The position numbers were made by a program, and so were the translations under genes. The notes under the pieces were generated by a model. It was not told the origin of the DNA, ran no database searches, and worked only from the letters and a program-made list of their open reading frames with translations. From positions 310,001 to 374,000 of the forward strand of contig NIVC01000090.1 of the NCBI GenBank assembly GCA_002269645.1: a stretch of 64,000 nucleotides of DNA, written 5' to 3'. The DNA is from Macrostomum lignano. Lineage: Eukaryota. Below are positions 41,101 through 56,100 of the stretch, one piece after another; the first letter of the stretch is position 1, and every line of letters begins with the position of its first letter.

Positions 41101-44100
41101 CAGAGAGACGAGCTACAACGAGAGCAGAGTGCGATTCAAGGAGGAGATCGCCGTGACCGGAAGCGGTTGCTTCAGAGAGAGTCTCGATGAAAGCAGAGTG
41201 CGATTCAAGGAGGAGATCGCCGTGACCGGAAGCGGTTGCTTCAGAGAGACGAGCTACAACGAGAGCAGAGTGCGATTCAAGGAGGAGATCGCCGTGACCG
41301 GAAGCGGTTGCTTCAGAGAGACGAGCTACAACGAGAGCAGAGTGCGATTCAAGGAGGAGATCGCCGTGACCGGAAGCGGTTGCTTCAGAGAGACGAGCTC
41401 AACGAAGCAGAGTGCAGTTCAAGGAGGAGATCGCCGTGACCGGAAGCGGTTGCTTCAGAGAGACGAGCTACAACGAGAGCAGAGTGCGATTCAAGGAGGA
41501 GATCGCCGTGACCGGAAGCGGTTGCTTCAGAGAGACGAGCTACAACGAGAGCAGAGTGCGATTCAAGGAGGAGATCGCCGTGACCGGAAGCGGTTGCTTC
41601 AGAGAATGAGTCTCAATGAAAGCAGAGTGCAGTTCAAGGAGGAGATCGCCGTGACCGGAAGCGGTTGCTTCAGAGAGACGAGCTACAACGAGAGCAGAGT
41701 GCGATTCAAGGAGGAGATCGCCGTGACCGGAAGCGGTTGCTTCAGAGAGACGAGCTACAACGAGAGCAGAGTGCGATTCAAGGAGGAGATCGCCGTGACC
41801 GGAAGCGGTTGCTTCAGAGAGACGAGCTACAACGAGAGCAGAGTGCGATTCAAGGAGGAGATCGCCGTGACCGGAAGCGGTTGCTTCAGAGAGACGAGCT
41901 ACAACGAGAGCAGAGTGCGATTCAAGGAGGAGATCGCCGTGACCGGAAGCGGTTGCTTCAGAGAGACGAGCTACAACGAGAGCAGAGTGCGATTCAAGGA
42001 GGAGATCGCCGTGACCGGAAGCGGTTGCTTCAGAGAGACGAGCTACAACGAGAGCAGAGTGCGATTCAAGGAGGAGATCGCCGTGACCGGAAGCGGTTGC
42101 TTCAGAGAACGAGCTCAACGAAGCAGAGTGCAGTTCAAGGAGGAGATCGCCGTGACCGGAAGCGGTTGCTTCAGAGAGACGAGCTACAACGAGAGCAGAG
42201 TGCAGTTCAAGGAGGAGATCGCCGTGACCGGAAGCGGTTGCTTCAGAGAGACGAGCTACAACGAGAGCAGAGTGCGATTCAAGGAGGAGATCGCCGTGAC
42301 CGGAAGCGGTTGCTTCAGAGAGACGAGCTACAACGAGAGCAGAGTGCGATTCAAGGAGGAGATCGCCGTGACCGGAAGCGGTTGCTTCAGAGAAATGAGT
42401 CTCAATGAAAGCAGAGTGCAGTTCAAGGAGGAGATCGCCGTGACCGGAAGCGGTTGCTTCAGAGAAATGAGTCTCAATGAAAGCAGAGTGCAGTTCAAGG
42501 AGGAGATCGCCGTGACCGGAAGCGGTTGCTTCAGAGAAATGAGTCTCAATGAAAGCAGAGTGCAGTTCAAGGAGGAGATCGCCGTGACCGGAAGCGGTTG
42601 CTTCAGAGAGAGTCTCAATGAAAGCAGAGTGCAGTTCAAGGAGGAGATCGCCGTGACCGGAAGCGGTTGCTTCAGAGAGACGAGCTACAACGAGAGCAGA
42701 GTGCGATTCAAGGAGGAGATCGCCGTGACCGGAAGCGGTTGCTTCAGAGAGACGAGCTACAACGAGAGCAGAGTGCGATTCAAGGAGGAGATCGCCGTGA
42801 CCGGAAGCGGTTGCTTCAGAGAGACGAGCTACAACGAGAGCAGAGTGCGATTCAAGGAGGAGATCGCCGTGACCGGAAGCGGTTGCTTCAGAGAAATGAG
42901 TCTCAATGAAGCAGAGTGCGATTCAAGGAGGAGATCGCCGTGACCGGAAGCGGTTGCTTCAGAGAGACGAGCTACAACGAGAGCAGAGTGCGATTCAAGG
43001 AGGAGATCGCCGTGACCGGAAGCGGTTGCTTCAGAGAGACGAGCTACAACGAGAGCAGAGTGCGATTCAAGGAGGAGATCGCCGTGACCGGAAGCGGTTG
43101 CTTCAGAGAAATGAGTCTCAATGAAAGCAGAGTGCGATTCAAGGAGGAGATCGCCGTGACCGGAAGCGGTTGCTTCAGAGAGACGAGCTACAACGAGAGC
43201 AGAGTGCGATTCAAGGAGGAGATCGCCGTGACCGGAAGCGGTTGCTTCAGAGAGACGAGCTACAACGAGAGCAGAGTGCGATTCAAGGAGGAGATCGCCG
43301 TGACCGGAAGCGGTTGCTTCAGAGAGACGAGCTACAACGAGAGCAGAGTGCGATTCAAGGAGGAGATCGCCGTGACCGGAAGCGGTTGCTTCAGAGAGAC
43401 GAGCTACAACGAGAGCAGAGTGCGATTCAAGGAGGAGATCGCCGTGACCGGAAGCGGTTGCTTCAGAGAAATGAGTCTCAATGAAAGCAGAGTGCGATTC
43501 AAGGAGGAGATCGCCGTGACCGGAAGCGGTTGCTTCAGAGAGACGAGCTACAACGAGAGCAGAGTGCGATTCAAGGAGGAGATCGCCGTGACCGGAAGCG
43601 GTTGCTTCAGAGAGACGAGCTCAATGAGAGCAGAGTGCGATTCAAGGAGGAGATCGCCGTGACCGGAAGCGGTTGCTTCAGAGAGACGAGCTACAACGAG
43701 AGCAGAGTGCGATTCAAGGAGGAGATCGCCGTGACCGGAAGCGGTTGCTTCAGAGAGACGAGCTACAACGAGAGCAGAGTGCGATTCAAGGAGGAGATCG
43801 CCGTGACCGGAAGCGGTTGCTTCAGAGAAATGAGTCTACAACGAGAGCAGAGTGCGATTCAAGGAGGAGATCGCCGTGACCGGAAGCGGTTGCTTCAGAG
43901 AGACGAGCTACAACGAGAGCAGAGTGCGATTCAAGGAGGAGATCGCCGTGACCGGAAGCGGTTGCTTCAGAGAAATGAGTCTCAATGAAAGCAGAGTGCA
44001 GTTCAAGGAGGAGATCGCCGTGACCGGAAGCGGTTGCTTCAGAGAAATGAGTCTCAATGAAAGCAGAGTGCAGTTCAAGGAGGAGATCGCCGTGACCGGA

Positions 44101-47100
44101 AGCGGTTGCTTCAGAGAGACGAGCTACAACGAGAGCAGAGTGCGATTCAAGGAGGAGATCGCCGTGACCGGAAGCGGTTGCTTCAGAGAGACGAGCTACA
44201 ACGAAAGCAGAGTGCGATTCAAGGAGGAGATCGCCGTGACCGGAAGCGGTTGCTTCAGAGAACGAGCTCAATGAAAGCAGAGTGCAGTTCAAGGAGGAGA
44301 TCGCCGTGACCGGAAGCGGTTGCTTCAGAGAGACGAGCTACAACGAGAGCAGAGTGCAGTGCAAGGAGGAGATCGCCGTGACCGGAAGCGGTTGCTTCAG
44401 AGAGACGAGCTACAACGAGAGCAGAGTGCGATTCAAGGAGGAGATCGCCGTGACCGGAAGCGGTTGCTTCAGAGAGACGAGCTACAACGAGAGCAGAGTG
44501 CGATTCAAGGAGGAGATCGCCGTGACCGGAAGCGGTTGCTTCAGAGAGACGAGCTACAACGAGAGCAGAGTGCGATTCAAGGAGGAGATCGCCGTGACCG
44601 GAAGCGGTTGCTTCAGAGAACGAGCTACAATGAAAGCAGAGTGCAGTTCAAGGAGGAGATCGCCGTGACCGGAAGCGGTTGCTTCAGAGAGACGAGCTAC
44701 AACGAGAGCAGAGTGCGATTCAAGGAGGAGATCGCCGTGACCGGAAGCGGTTGCTTCAGAGAGACGAGCTACAACGAGAGCAGAGTGCAGTTCAAGGAGG
44801 AGATCGCCGTGACCGGAAGCGGTTGCTTCAGAGAGACGAGCTACAACGAGAGCAGAGTGCGATTCAAGGAGGAGATCGCCGTGACCGGAAGCGGTTGCTT
44901 CAGAGAGACGAGCTACAACGAGAGCAGAGTGCGATTCAAGGAGGAGATCGCCGTGACCGGAAGCGGTTGCTTCAGAGAGACGAGCTTCAACGAGAGCAGA
45001 GTGCGATTCAAGGAGGAGATCGCCGTGACCGGAAGCGGTTGCTTCAGAGAGACGAGCTACAACGAGAGCAGAGTGCGATTCAAGGAGGAGATCGCCGTGA
45101 CCGGAAGCGGTTGCTTCAGAGAACGAGCTACAACGAGAGCAGAGTGCAGTTCAAGGAGGAGATCGCCGTGACCGGAAGCGGTTGCTTCAGAGAGACGAGC
45201 TACAACGAGAGCAGAGTGCGATTCAAGGAGGAGATCGCCGTGACCGGAAGCGGTTGCTTCAGAGAGACGAGCTACAACGAGAGCAGAGTGCGATTCAAGG
45301 AGGAGATCGCCGTGACCGGAAGCGGTTGCTTCAGAGAAATGAGCCACAATGAAAGCAGAGTGCAGTTCAAGGAGGAGATCGCCGTGACCGGAAGCGGTTG
45401 CTTCAGAGAGACGAGCTACAACGAGAGCAGAGTGCAGTTCAAGGAGGAGATCGCCGTGACCGGAAGCGGTTGCTTCAGAGAGACGAGCTACAACGAGAGC
45501 AGAGTGCGATTCAAGGAGGAGATCGCCGTGACCGGAAGCGGTTGCTTCAGAGAGACGAGCTACAACGAGAGCAGAGTGCGATTCAAGGAGGAGATCGCCG
45601 TGACCGGAAGCGGTTGTTTCAGAGAAATGAGTCTCAATGAAAGCAGAGTGCGATTCAAGGAGGAGATCGCCGTGACCGGAAGCGGTTGCTTCAGAGAAAT
45701 GAGTCTCAATGAAAGCAGAGTGCAGTTCAAGGAGGAGATCGCCGTGACCGGAAGCGGTTGCTTCAGAGAAATGAGTCTCAATGAAAGCAGAGTGAAGTTC
45801 AAGGAGGAGATCGCCGTGACCGGAAGCGGTTGTTTCAGAGAAATGAGTCTCAATGAAAGCAGAGTGCAGTTCAAGGAGGAGATCGCCGTGACCGGAAGCG
45901 GTTGCTTCAGAGAAATGAGTCTCAATGAAGCAGAGTGCAGTTCAAGGAGGAGATCGCCGTGACCGGAAGCGGTTGCTTCAGAGAGACGAGCTACAACGAG
46001 AGCAGAGTGCGATTCAAGGAGGAGATCGCCGTGACCGGAAGCGGTTGTTTCAGAGAATGAGTCTCAATGAAAGCAGAGTGCAGTTCAAGGAGGAGATCGC
46101 CGTGACCGGAAGCGGTTGCTTCAGAGAGACGAGCTACAACGAGAGCAGAGTGCGATTCAAGGAGGAGATCGCCGTGACCGGAAGCGGTTGCTTCAGAGAG
46201 ACGAGCTACAACGAGAGCAGAGTGCAGTTCAAGGAGGAGATCGCCGTGACCGGAAGCGGTTGCTTCAGAGAGACGAGCTACAACGAGAGCAGAGTGCGAT
46301 TCAAGGAGGAGATCGCCGTGACCGGAAGAGTCTCAATGAAAGCAGAGTGCAGTTCAAGGAGGAGATCGCCGTGACCGGAAGCGGTTGCTTCAGAGAGACG
46401 AGCTACAACGAGAGCAGAGTGCAGTTCAAGGAGGAGATCGCCGTGACCGGAAGCGGTTGCTTCAGAGAGACGAGCTACAACGAGAGCAGAGTGCAGTTCA
46501 AGGAGGAGATCGCCGTGACCGGAAGCGGTTGCTTCAGAGAGACGAGCTACAACGAGAGCAGAGTGCGATTCAAGGAGGAGATCGCCGTGACCGGAAGCGG
46601 TTGCTTCAGAGAAATGAGTCTCAATGAAAGCAGAGTGCAGTTCAAGGAGGAGATCGCCGTGACCGGAAGCGGTTGCTTCAGAGAAATGAGTCTCAATGAA
46701 AGCAGAGTGCGATTTAAGGAGGAGATCGCCGTGACCGGAAGCGGTTGCTTCAGAGAGACGAGCTACAACGAGAGCAGAGTGCGATTCAAGGAGGAGATCG
46801 CCGTGACCGGAAGCGGTTGCTTCAGAGAGACGAGCTACAACGAGAGCAGAGTGCGATTCAAGGAGGAGATCGCCGTGACCGGAAGCGGTTGCTTCAGAGA
46901 GACGAATGAAAGCAGAGTGCGATTCAAGGAGGAGATCGCCGTGACCGGAAGCGGTTGCTTCAGAGAGACGAGCTACAACGAGAGCAGAGTGCGATTCAAG
47001 GAGGAGATCGCCGTGACCGGAAGCGGTTGCTTCAGAGAGACGAGCTACAACGAGAGCAGAGTGCGATTCAAGGAGGAGATCGCCGTGACCGGAAGCGGTT

Positions 47101-50100
47101 GCTTCAGAGAGATGAGCTCAATGAAAGCAGAGTGCAGTTCAAGGAGGAGATCGCCGTGACCGGAAGCGGTTGCTTCAGAGAGAGAGAGCTACAAGAGAGC
47201 AGAGTGCGTTTCAATGAAAGCAGAGTGCAGTTCAAGGAGGAGATCGCCGTGACCGGAAGCGGTTGCTTCAGAGAGACGAGCTACAACGAGAGCAGAGTGC
47301 GATTCAAGGAGGAGATCGCCGTGACCGGAAGCGGTTGCTTCAGAGAGACGAGCTACAACGAGAGCAGAGTGCGATTCAAGGAGGAGATCGCCGTGACCGG
47401 AAGCGGTTGCTTCAGAGAGACGAGCTACAACGAGAGCAGAGTGCGATTCAAGGAGGAGATCGCCGTGACCGGAAGCGGTTGCTTCAGAGAGACGAGCTAC
47501 AACGAGAGCAGAGTGCGATTCAAGGAGGAGATCGCCGTGACCGGAAGCGGTTGCTTCAGAGAAACGAGCTACAACGAGAGCAGAGTGCGATTCAAGGAGG
47601 AGATCGCCGTGACCGGAAGCGGTTGCTTCAGAGAATGAGTCTCAATGAAAGCAGAGTGCAGTTCAAGGAGGAGATCGCCGTGACCGGAAGCGGTTGCTTC
47701 AGAGAGACGAGCTACAACGAGAGCAGAGTGCAGTTCAAGGAGGAGATCCCTGTGACTGGAAGTGGCTTTTGTTTTGAGCTGGATTTTATCTCTGCCAATG
47801 TCGTTGCTGTCGATGAGGTGGTCCTGTCGGCTACCCATGCCAGTTTAGAAATTAAAGTGCAGGATGCAGAAACGGAACAATGACGAATATGTTTCAGGTG
47901 AAGCATGCTAAAAAGCTTCATAAGCAGAGTAGACCAAGTGTTGAGACGCAAACATTCGTAGAAGTTGCATGTACGGAAGCTTGTAAGGAAATACAACAGC
48001 AAAACAGCAGAGTATCCATACAACAAATCCTTGAAGTAACAAGCACGTCCAGTTGCAGAGAAACCGCAACTATCGAAAACAGCATGCAGCACGGTCGAAC
48101 TGTTTCTGTCAGCACCACCGGCTGCTGCAAAGAGACACAACTAAGCGAAAGCCGAGTGCACTTTAAAGAAGAGATCGCCGTGACCGGAAGCGGCTGCTTC
48201 AGAGAAATGAGTCTCAACGAGAGCAGAGTGCAGTTCAAGGAGGAGATCGCCGTGACCGGAAGCGGTTGCTTCAGAGAAATGAGTCTCAATGAAAGCAGAG
48301 TGCAGTTCAAGGAGGAGATCACCGTGACCGGAAGCGGTTGCTTCAGAGAGACGAGCTACAACGAGAGCAGAGTGCGATTCAAGGAGGAGATCGCCGTGAC
48401 CGGAAGCGGTTGCTTCAGAGAGACGAGCTACAACGAGAGCAGAGTGCGATTCAAGGAGGAGATCACCGTGACCGGAAGCGGTTGCTTCAGAGAGACGAGC
48501 TACAACGAGAGCAGAGTGCGATTCAAGGAGGAGATCGCCGTGACCGGAAGCGGTTGCTTCAGAGAAATGAGTCTCAATGAAAGCAGAGTGCGATTCAAGG
48601 AGGAGATCGCCGTGACCGGAAGCGTTGCTTCAGAGAAATGAGTCTCAATGAAAGCAGAGTGCGATTCAAGGAGGAGATCGCCGTGACCGGAAGCGGTTGC
48701 TTCAGAGAGACGAGCTACAACGAGAGCAGAGTGCGATTCAAGGAGGAGATCGCCGTGACGGGAAGCGGTTGCTTCAGAGAGACGAGCTACAACGAGAGCA
48801 GAGTGCGATTCAAGGAGGAGATCGCCGTGACCGGAAGCGGTTGCTTCAGAGAGACGAGCTACAACGAGAGCAGAGTGCATTCAAGGAGGAGATCGCCGTG
48901 ACCGGAAGCGGTTGCTTCAGAGAGACGAGCTACAACGAGAGCAGAGTGCGATTCAAGGAGGAGATCGCCGTGACCGGAAGCGGTTGCTTCAGAGAGACGA
49001 GCTACAACGAGAGCAGAGTGCGATTCAAGGAGGAGATCGCCGTGACCGGAAGCGGTTGCTTCAGAGAGACGAGCTACAACGAGAGCAGAGTGCGATTCAA
49101 GGAGGAGATCGCCGTGACCGAAGCGGTTGCTTCAGAGAGACGAGCTACAATGAGAGCAGAGTGCGATTCAAGGAGGAGATCGCCGTGACCGGAAGCGGTT
49201 GCTTCAGAGAGACGATACAGCGAGAGCAGAGTGCAGTTCAAGGAGGAGATCGCCGTGACCGGAAGCGGTTGCTTCAGAGAGACGAGCTACAACGAGAGCA
49301 GAGTGCAGTGCAAGGAGGAGATCGCCGTGACCGGAAGCGGTTGCTTCAGAGAGACGAGCTACAACGAGAGCAGAGTGCAGTGCAAGGAGGAGATCGCCGT
49401 GACCGGAAGCGGTTGCTTCAGAGAGACGAGCTACAACGAGAGCAGAGTGCGATTCAAGGAGGAGATCGCCGTGACCGGAAGCGGTTGCTTCAGAGAGACG
49501 AGCTACAACGAGAGCAGAGTGCGATTCAAGGAGGAGATCGCCGTGACCGGAAGCGGTTGCTTCAGAGAAATGAGTCTCAATGAAAGCAAGAGTGCAGTTC
49601 AAGGAGGAGATCGCCGTGACCGGAAGCGGTTGCTTCAGAGAGACGAGCTACAACGAGAGCAGAGTGCGATTCAAGGAGGAGATCGCCGTGACCGGAAGCG
49701 GTTGCTTCAGAGAGACGAGCTAGCAACGAGAGCAGAGTGCGATTCAAGGAGGAGATCGCCGTGACCGGAAGCGGTTGCTTCAGAGAAATGAGTCTCAATG
49801 AAAGCAGAGTGCGATTCAAGGAGGAGATCGCCGTGACCGGAAGCGGTTGCTTCAGAGAGACGAGCTACAACGAGAGCAGAGTGCGATTCAAGGAGGAGAT
49901 CGCCGTGACCGGAAGCGGTTGCTTCAGAGAAATGAGCTACAACGAGAGCAGAGTGCGATTCAAGGAGGAGATCGCCGTGACCGGAAGCGGTTGCTTCAGA
50001 GAAATGAGTCTCAATGAAAGCAGAGTGCAGTTCAAGGAGGAGATCGCCGTGACCGGAAGCGGTTGCTTCAGAGAGACGAGCTACAACGAGAGCAGAGTGC

Positions 50101-53100
50101 GATTCAAGGAGGAGATCGCCGTGACTGGAAGCGGTTGCTTTCAGAGAGACAAGCTACAACGAGAGCAGAGTGCGATTCAAGGAGGAGATCGCCGTGACCG
50201 GAAGCGGTTGCTTTCAGAGAAATGAGTCTCAATGAAAGCAGAGTGCGATTCAAGGAGGAGATCGCCGTGACCGGAAGCGGTTGCTTCAGAGAGACAAGCT
50301 ACAACGAGAGCAGAGTGCGATTCAAGGAGGAGATCGCCGTGACCGGAAGCGGTTGTTTCAGAGAAATGAGTCTCAATGAAAGCAGAGTGCAGTTTAAGGA
50401 GGAGATCGCCGTGACCGGAAGCGGTTGCTTCAGAGAGACGAGCTACAACGAGAGCAGAGTGCGATTCAAGGAGGAGATCGCCGTGACTGGAAGCGGTTGC
50501 TTCAGAGAGACAAGCTACAACGAGAGCAGAGTGCGATTCAAGGAGGAGATCGCCGTGACCGGAAGCGGTTGTTTCAGAGAAATGAGTCTCAATGAAAGCA
50601 GAGTGCAGTTTAAGGAGGAGATCGCCGTGACCGGAAGCGGTTGTTTCAGAGAATGAGTCTCAATGAAAGCAGAGTGCAGTTCAAGGAGGAGATCGCCGTG
50701 ACCGGAAGCGGTTGCTTTCAGAGAGACGAGCTACAACGAGAGCAGAGTGCGATTCAAGGAGATCGCCGTGACCGGAAGCGGTTGCTTTCAGAGAAATGAG
50801 TCTCAATGAGAAGCAGAGTGCGAGTTCAAGGAGGAGATCGCCGTGACGGAAGCGGTTGCTTCAGAGAGACGAGCTACAACGAGAGCAGAGTGCGATTCAA
50901 GGAGGAGATCGCCGTGACGGAAGCGGTTGCTTCAGAGAGACGAGCTACAACGAGAGCAGAGTGCGATTCAAGGAGGAGATCGCCGTGACGGAAGCGGTTG
51001 CTTCAGAGAGACGAGCTACAACGAGAGCAGAGTGCGATTCAAGGAGGAGATCGCGTGACATGCGGTTGCTTCAGAGAGACGAGCTACAACGAGAGCAGAG
51101 TGCAGTTCAAGGAGGAGATCCTGTGACTGGAAGTGGCTTTTGTTTTGAGCTGGATTTTATCTCTGCAATGTCGTTGCTGTCGATGAGGTGGTCCTGTCGG
51201 CTACCCATGCAGTTTAGAAGTTAAAGTGCAGGATGCAGAAACGGACAATGACGAATATGTTCAGGTGAAGCATGCTAAAAAGCTTCATAAGCAGAGTAGA
51301 CCAAGTGTTGAGACGCAAACATTCGTAGAAGTTGCATGTACGGAAGCTTGTAAGGAAATACAACAGCAAAACAGCAGAGTATCCATACAACAAATCCTTG
51401 AAGTAACAAGCACGTCCAGTTGCAGAGAAACCGCAACTATCGAAAACAGCATGCAGCACGTCGAACTGTTTCTGTCAGCACCACCGGCTGCTGCAAAGAG
51501 ACACAACTAAGCGAAAGCCGAGTGCACTTTAAAGAAGAGATCGCCGTGACCGGAAGCGGTTGCTTCAGGGAAATGAGTCTTAATGAAAGCAAAGTGCAGT
51601 TCAAGGAGGAGATCGCCGTGACCGGAAGCGGTTGCTTCAGAGAGACGAGCTACAACGAGAGCAGAGTGCGATTCAAGGAGGAGATCGCCGTGACCGGAAG
51701 CGGTTGCTTCAGAGAAATGAGTCTCAATGAAAGCAGAGTGCGATTCAAGGAGGAGATCGCCGTGACCGGAAGCGGTTGTTTCAGAGAAATGAGTCTCAAT
51801 GAAAGCAGAGTGCGATTCAAGGAGGAGATCGCCGTGACCGGAAGCGGTTGCTTCAGAGAGACGAGCTACAACGAGAGCAGAGTGCGATTCAAGGAGGAGA
51901 TCGCCGTGACTGGAAGCGGTTGCTTCAGAGAGACAAGCTACAACGAGAGCAGAGTGCGATTCAAGGAGGAGATCGCCGTGACCGGAAGCGGTTGTTTCAG
52001 AGAAATGAGTCTCAATGAAAGCAGAGTGCGATTCAAGGAGGAGATCGCCGTGACCGGAAGCGGTTGCTTCAGAGAGACAAGCTACAACGAGAGCAGAGTG
52101 CGATTCAAGGAGGAGATCGCCGTGACCGGAAGCGGTTGTTTCAGAGAAATGAGTCTCAATGAAAGCAGAGTGCAGTTTAAGGAGGAGATCGCCGTGACCG
52201 GAAGCGGTTGCTTCAGAGAGACGAGCTACAACGAGAGCAGAGTGCGATTCAAGGAGGAGATCGCCGTGACTGGAAGCGGTTGCTTCAGAGAGACAAGCTA
52301 CAACGAGAGCAGAGTGCGATTCAAGGAGGAGATCGCCGTGACCGGAAGCGGTTGTTTCAGAGAAATGAGTCTCAATGAAAGCAGAGTGCAGTTCAAGGAG
52401 GAGATCGCCGTGACCGGAAGCGGTTGTTTCAGAGAAATGAGTCTCAATGAAAGCAGAGTGCAGTTCAAGGAGGAGATCGCCGTGACCGGAAGCGGTTGCT
52501 TCAGAGAGACGAGCTACAACGAGAGCAGAGTGCGATTCAAGGAGATCGCCGTGACCGGAAGCGGTTGTTTCAGAGAAATGAGTCTCAATGAAAGCAGAGT
52601 GCAGTTCAAGGAGGAGATCGCCGTGACTCGGAAGCGTTTGCTTCAGAGAGACGAGCTACAACGAGAGCAGAGTGCGATTCAAGGAGGAGATCGCCGTGAC
52701 CGGAAGCGGTTGCTTCAGAGAGACGAGCTACAACGAGAGCAGAGTGCGATTCAAGGAGGAGATCGCCGTGATCGGAAGCGGTTGCTTCAGAGAGACGAGC
52801 TACAACGAGAGCAGAGTGCGATTCAAGGAGGATCGCCGTGACCGGATGCGGTTGCTTCAGAGAGACGAGCTACAACGAGAGCAGAGTGCAGTTCAAGGAG
52901 GAGATCCCTGTGACTGGAAGTGGCTTTTGTTTTGAGCTGGATTTTATCTCTGCCAATGTCGTTGCTGTCGATGAGGTGGTCCTGTCGGCTACCCATGCCA
53001 GTTTAGAAGTTAAAGTGCAGGATGCAGAAACGGACAATGACGAATATGTTCAGGTGAAGCATGCTAAAAAGCTTCATAAGCAGAGTAGACCAAGTGTTGA

Positions 53101-56100
53101 GACGCAAACATTCGTAGAAGTTGCATGTACGGAAGCTTGTAAGGAAATACAACAGCAAAACAGCAGAGTATCCATACAACAAATCCTTGAAGTAACAAGC
53201 ACGTCCAGTTGCAGAGAAACCGCAACTATCGAAAACAGCATGCAGCACGGTCGAACTGTTTCTGTCAGCACCACCGGCTGCTGCAAAGAGACACAACTAA
53301 GCGAAAGCCGAGTGCACTTTAAAGAAGAGATCGCCGTGACCGGAAGCGGTTGCTTCAGGGAAATGAGTCTTAATGAAAGCAAAGTGCAGTTCAAGGAGGA
53401 GATCGCCGTGACCGGAAGCGGTTGCTTCAGAGAGACGAGCTACAACGAGAGCAGAGTGCGATTCAAGGAGGAGATCGCCGTGACCGGAAGCGGTTGCTTC
53501 AGAGAAATGAGTCTCAATGAAAGCAGAGTGCGATTCAAGGAGGAGATCGCCGTGACCGGAAGCGGTTGCTTCAGAGAGACGAGCTACAACGAGAGCAGAG
53601 TGCGATTCAAGGAGGAGATCGCCGTGACCGGAAGCGGTTGCTTCAGAGAAACGAGCTACAACGAGAGCAGAGTGCAGTGCAAGGAGGAGATCGCCGTGAC
53701 CGGAAGCGGTTGCTTCAGAGAAATGAGTCTCAATGAAAGCAGAGTGCAGTTCAAGGAGGAGATCGCCGTGACCGGAAGCGGTTGCTTCAGAGAGACGAGC
53801 TACAACGAGAGCAGAGTGCGATTCAAGGAGGAGATCGCCGTGACCGGAAGCGGTTGCTTCAGAGAAATGAATCTCAATGAAAGCAGAGTGCAGTTCAAGG
53901 AGGAGATCGCCGTGACCGGAAGCGGTTGCTTCAGAGAGACGAGCTACAACGAGAGCAGAGTGCGATTCAAGGAGGAGATCGCCGTGACCGGAAGCGGTTG
54001 CTTCAGAGAGACGAGCTACAACGAGAGCAGAGTGCGATTCAAGGAGGAGATCGCCGTGACCGGATGCGGTTGCTTCAGAGAGACGAGCTACAACGAGAGC
54101 AGAGTGCAGTTCAAGGAGGAGATCCCTGTGACTGGAAGTGGCTTTTGTTTTGAGCTGGATTTTATCTCTGCCAATGTCGTTGCTGTCGATGAGGTGGTCC
54201 TGTCGGCTACCCATGCCAGTTTAGAAGTTAAAGTGCAGGATGCAGAAACGGACAATGACGAATATGTTCAGGTGAAGCATGCTAAAAAGCTTCATAAGCA
54301 GAGTAGACCAAGTGTTGAGACGCAAACATTCGTAGAAGTTGCATGTACGGAAGCTTGTAAGGAAATACAACAGCAAAACAGCAGAGTATCCATACAACAA
54401 ATCCTTGAAGTAACAAGCACGTCCAGTTGCAGAGAAACCGCAACTATCGAAAACAGCATGCAGCACGGTCGAACTGTTTCTGTCAGCACCACCGGCTGCT
54501 GCAAAGAGACACAACTAAGCGAAAGCCGAGTGCACTTTAAAGAAGAGATCGCCGTGACCGGAAGCGGTTGCTTCAGGGAAATGAGTCTTAATGAAAGCAA
54601 AGTGCAGTTCAAGGAGGAGATCGCCGTGACCGGAAGCGGTTGCTTCAGAGAGACGAGCTACAACGAGAGCAGAGTGCGATTCAAGGAGGAGATCGCCGTG
54701 ACCGGAAGCGGTTGCTTCAGAGAAATGAGTCTCAATGAAAGCAGAGTGCGATTCAAGGAGGAGATCGCCGTGACCGGAAGCGGTTGTTTCAGAGAAATGA
54801 GTCTCAATGAAAGCAGAGTGCGATTCAAGGAGGAGATCGCCGTGACCGGAAGCGGTTGCTTCAGAGAGACGAGCTACAACGAGAGCAGAGTGCGATTCAA
54901 GGAGGAGATCGCCGTGACTGGAAGCGGTTGCTTCAGAGAGACAAGCTACAACGAGAGCAGAGTGCGATTCAAGGAGGAGATCGCCGTGACCGGAAGCGGT
55001 TGTTTCAGAGAAATGAGTCTCAATGAAAGCAGAGTGCGATTCAAGGAGGAGATCGCCGTGACCGGAAGCGGTTGCTTCAGAGAGACAAGCTACAACGAGA
55101 GCAGAGTGCGATTCAAGGAGGAGATCGCCGTGACCGGAAGCGGTTGTTTCAGAGAAATGAGTCTCAATGAAAGCAGAGTGCAGTTTAAGGAGGAGATCGC
55201 CGTGACCGGAAGCGGTTGCTTCAGAGAGACGAGCTACAACGAGAGCAGAGTGCGATTCAAGGAGGAGATCGCCGTGACTGGAAGCGGTTGCTTCAGAGAG
55301 ACAAGCTACAACGAGAGCAGAGTGCGATTCAAGGAGGAGATCGCCGTGACCGGAAGCGGTTGTTTCAGAGAAATGAGTCTCAATGAAAGCAGAGTGCAGT
55401 TCAAGGAGGAGATCGCCGTGACCGGAAGCGGTTGTTTCAGAGAAATGAGTCTCAATGAAAGCAGAGTGCAGTTCAAGGAGGAGATCGCCGTGACCGGAAG
55501 CGGTTGCTTCAGAGAGACGAGCTACAACGAGAGCAGAGTGCGATTCAAGGAGATCGCCGTGACCGGAAGCGGTTGTTTCAGAGAAATGAGTCTCAATGAA
55601 AGCAGAGTGCAGTTCAAGGAGGAGATCGCCGTGACTGGAAGCGGTTGCTTCAGAGAGACGAGCTACAACGAGAGCAGAGTGCGATTCAAGGAGGAGATCG
55701 CCGTGACCGGAAGCGGTTGCTTCAGAGAGACGAGCTACAACGAGAGCAGAGTGCGATTCAAGGAGGAGATCGCCGTGATCGGAAGCGGTTGCTTCAGAGA
55801 GACGAGCTACAACGAGAGCAGAGTGCGATTCAAGGAGGAGATCGCCGTGACCGGATGCGGTTGCTTCAGAGAGACGAGCTACAACGAGAGCAGAGTGCAG
55901 TTCAAGGAGGAGATCCCTGTGACTGGAAGTGGCTTTTGTTTTGAGCTGGATTTTATCTCTGCCAATGTCGTTGCTGTCGATGAGGTGGTCCTGTCGGCTA
56001 CCCATGCCAGTTTAGAAGTTAAAGTGCAGGATGCAGAAACGGACAATGACGAATATGTTCAGGTGAAGCATGCTAAAAAGCTTCATAAGCAGAGTAGACC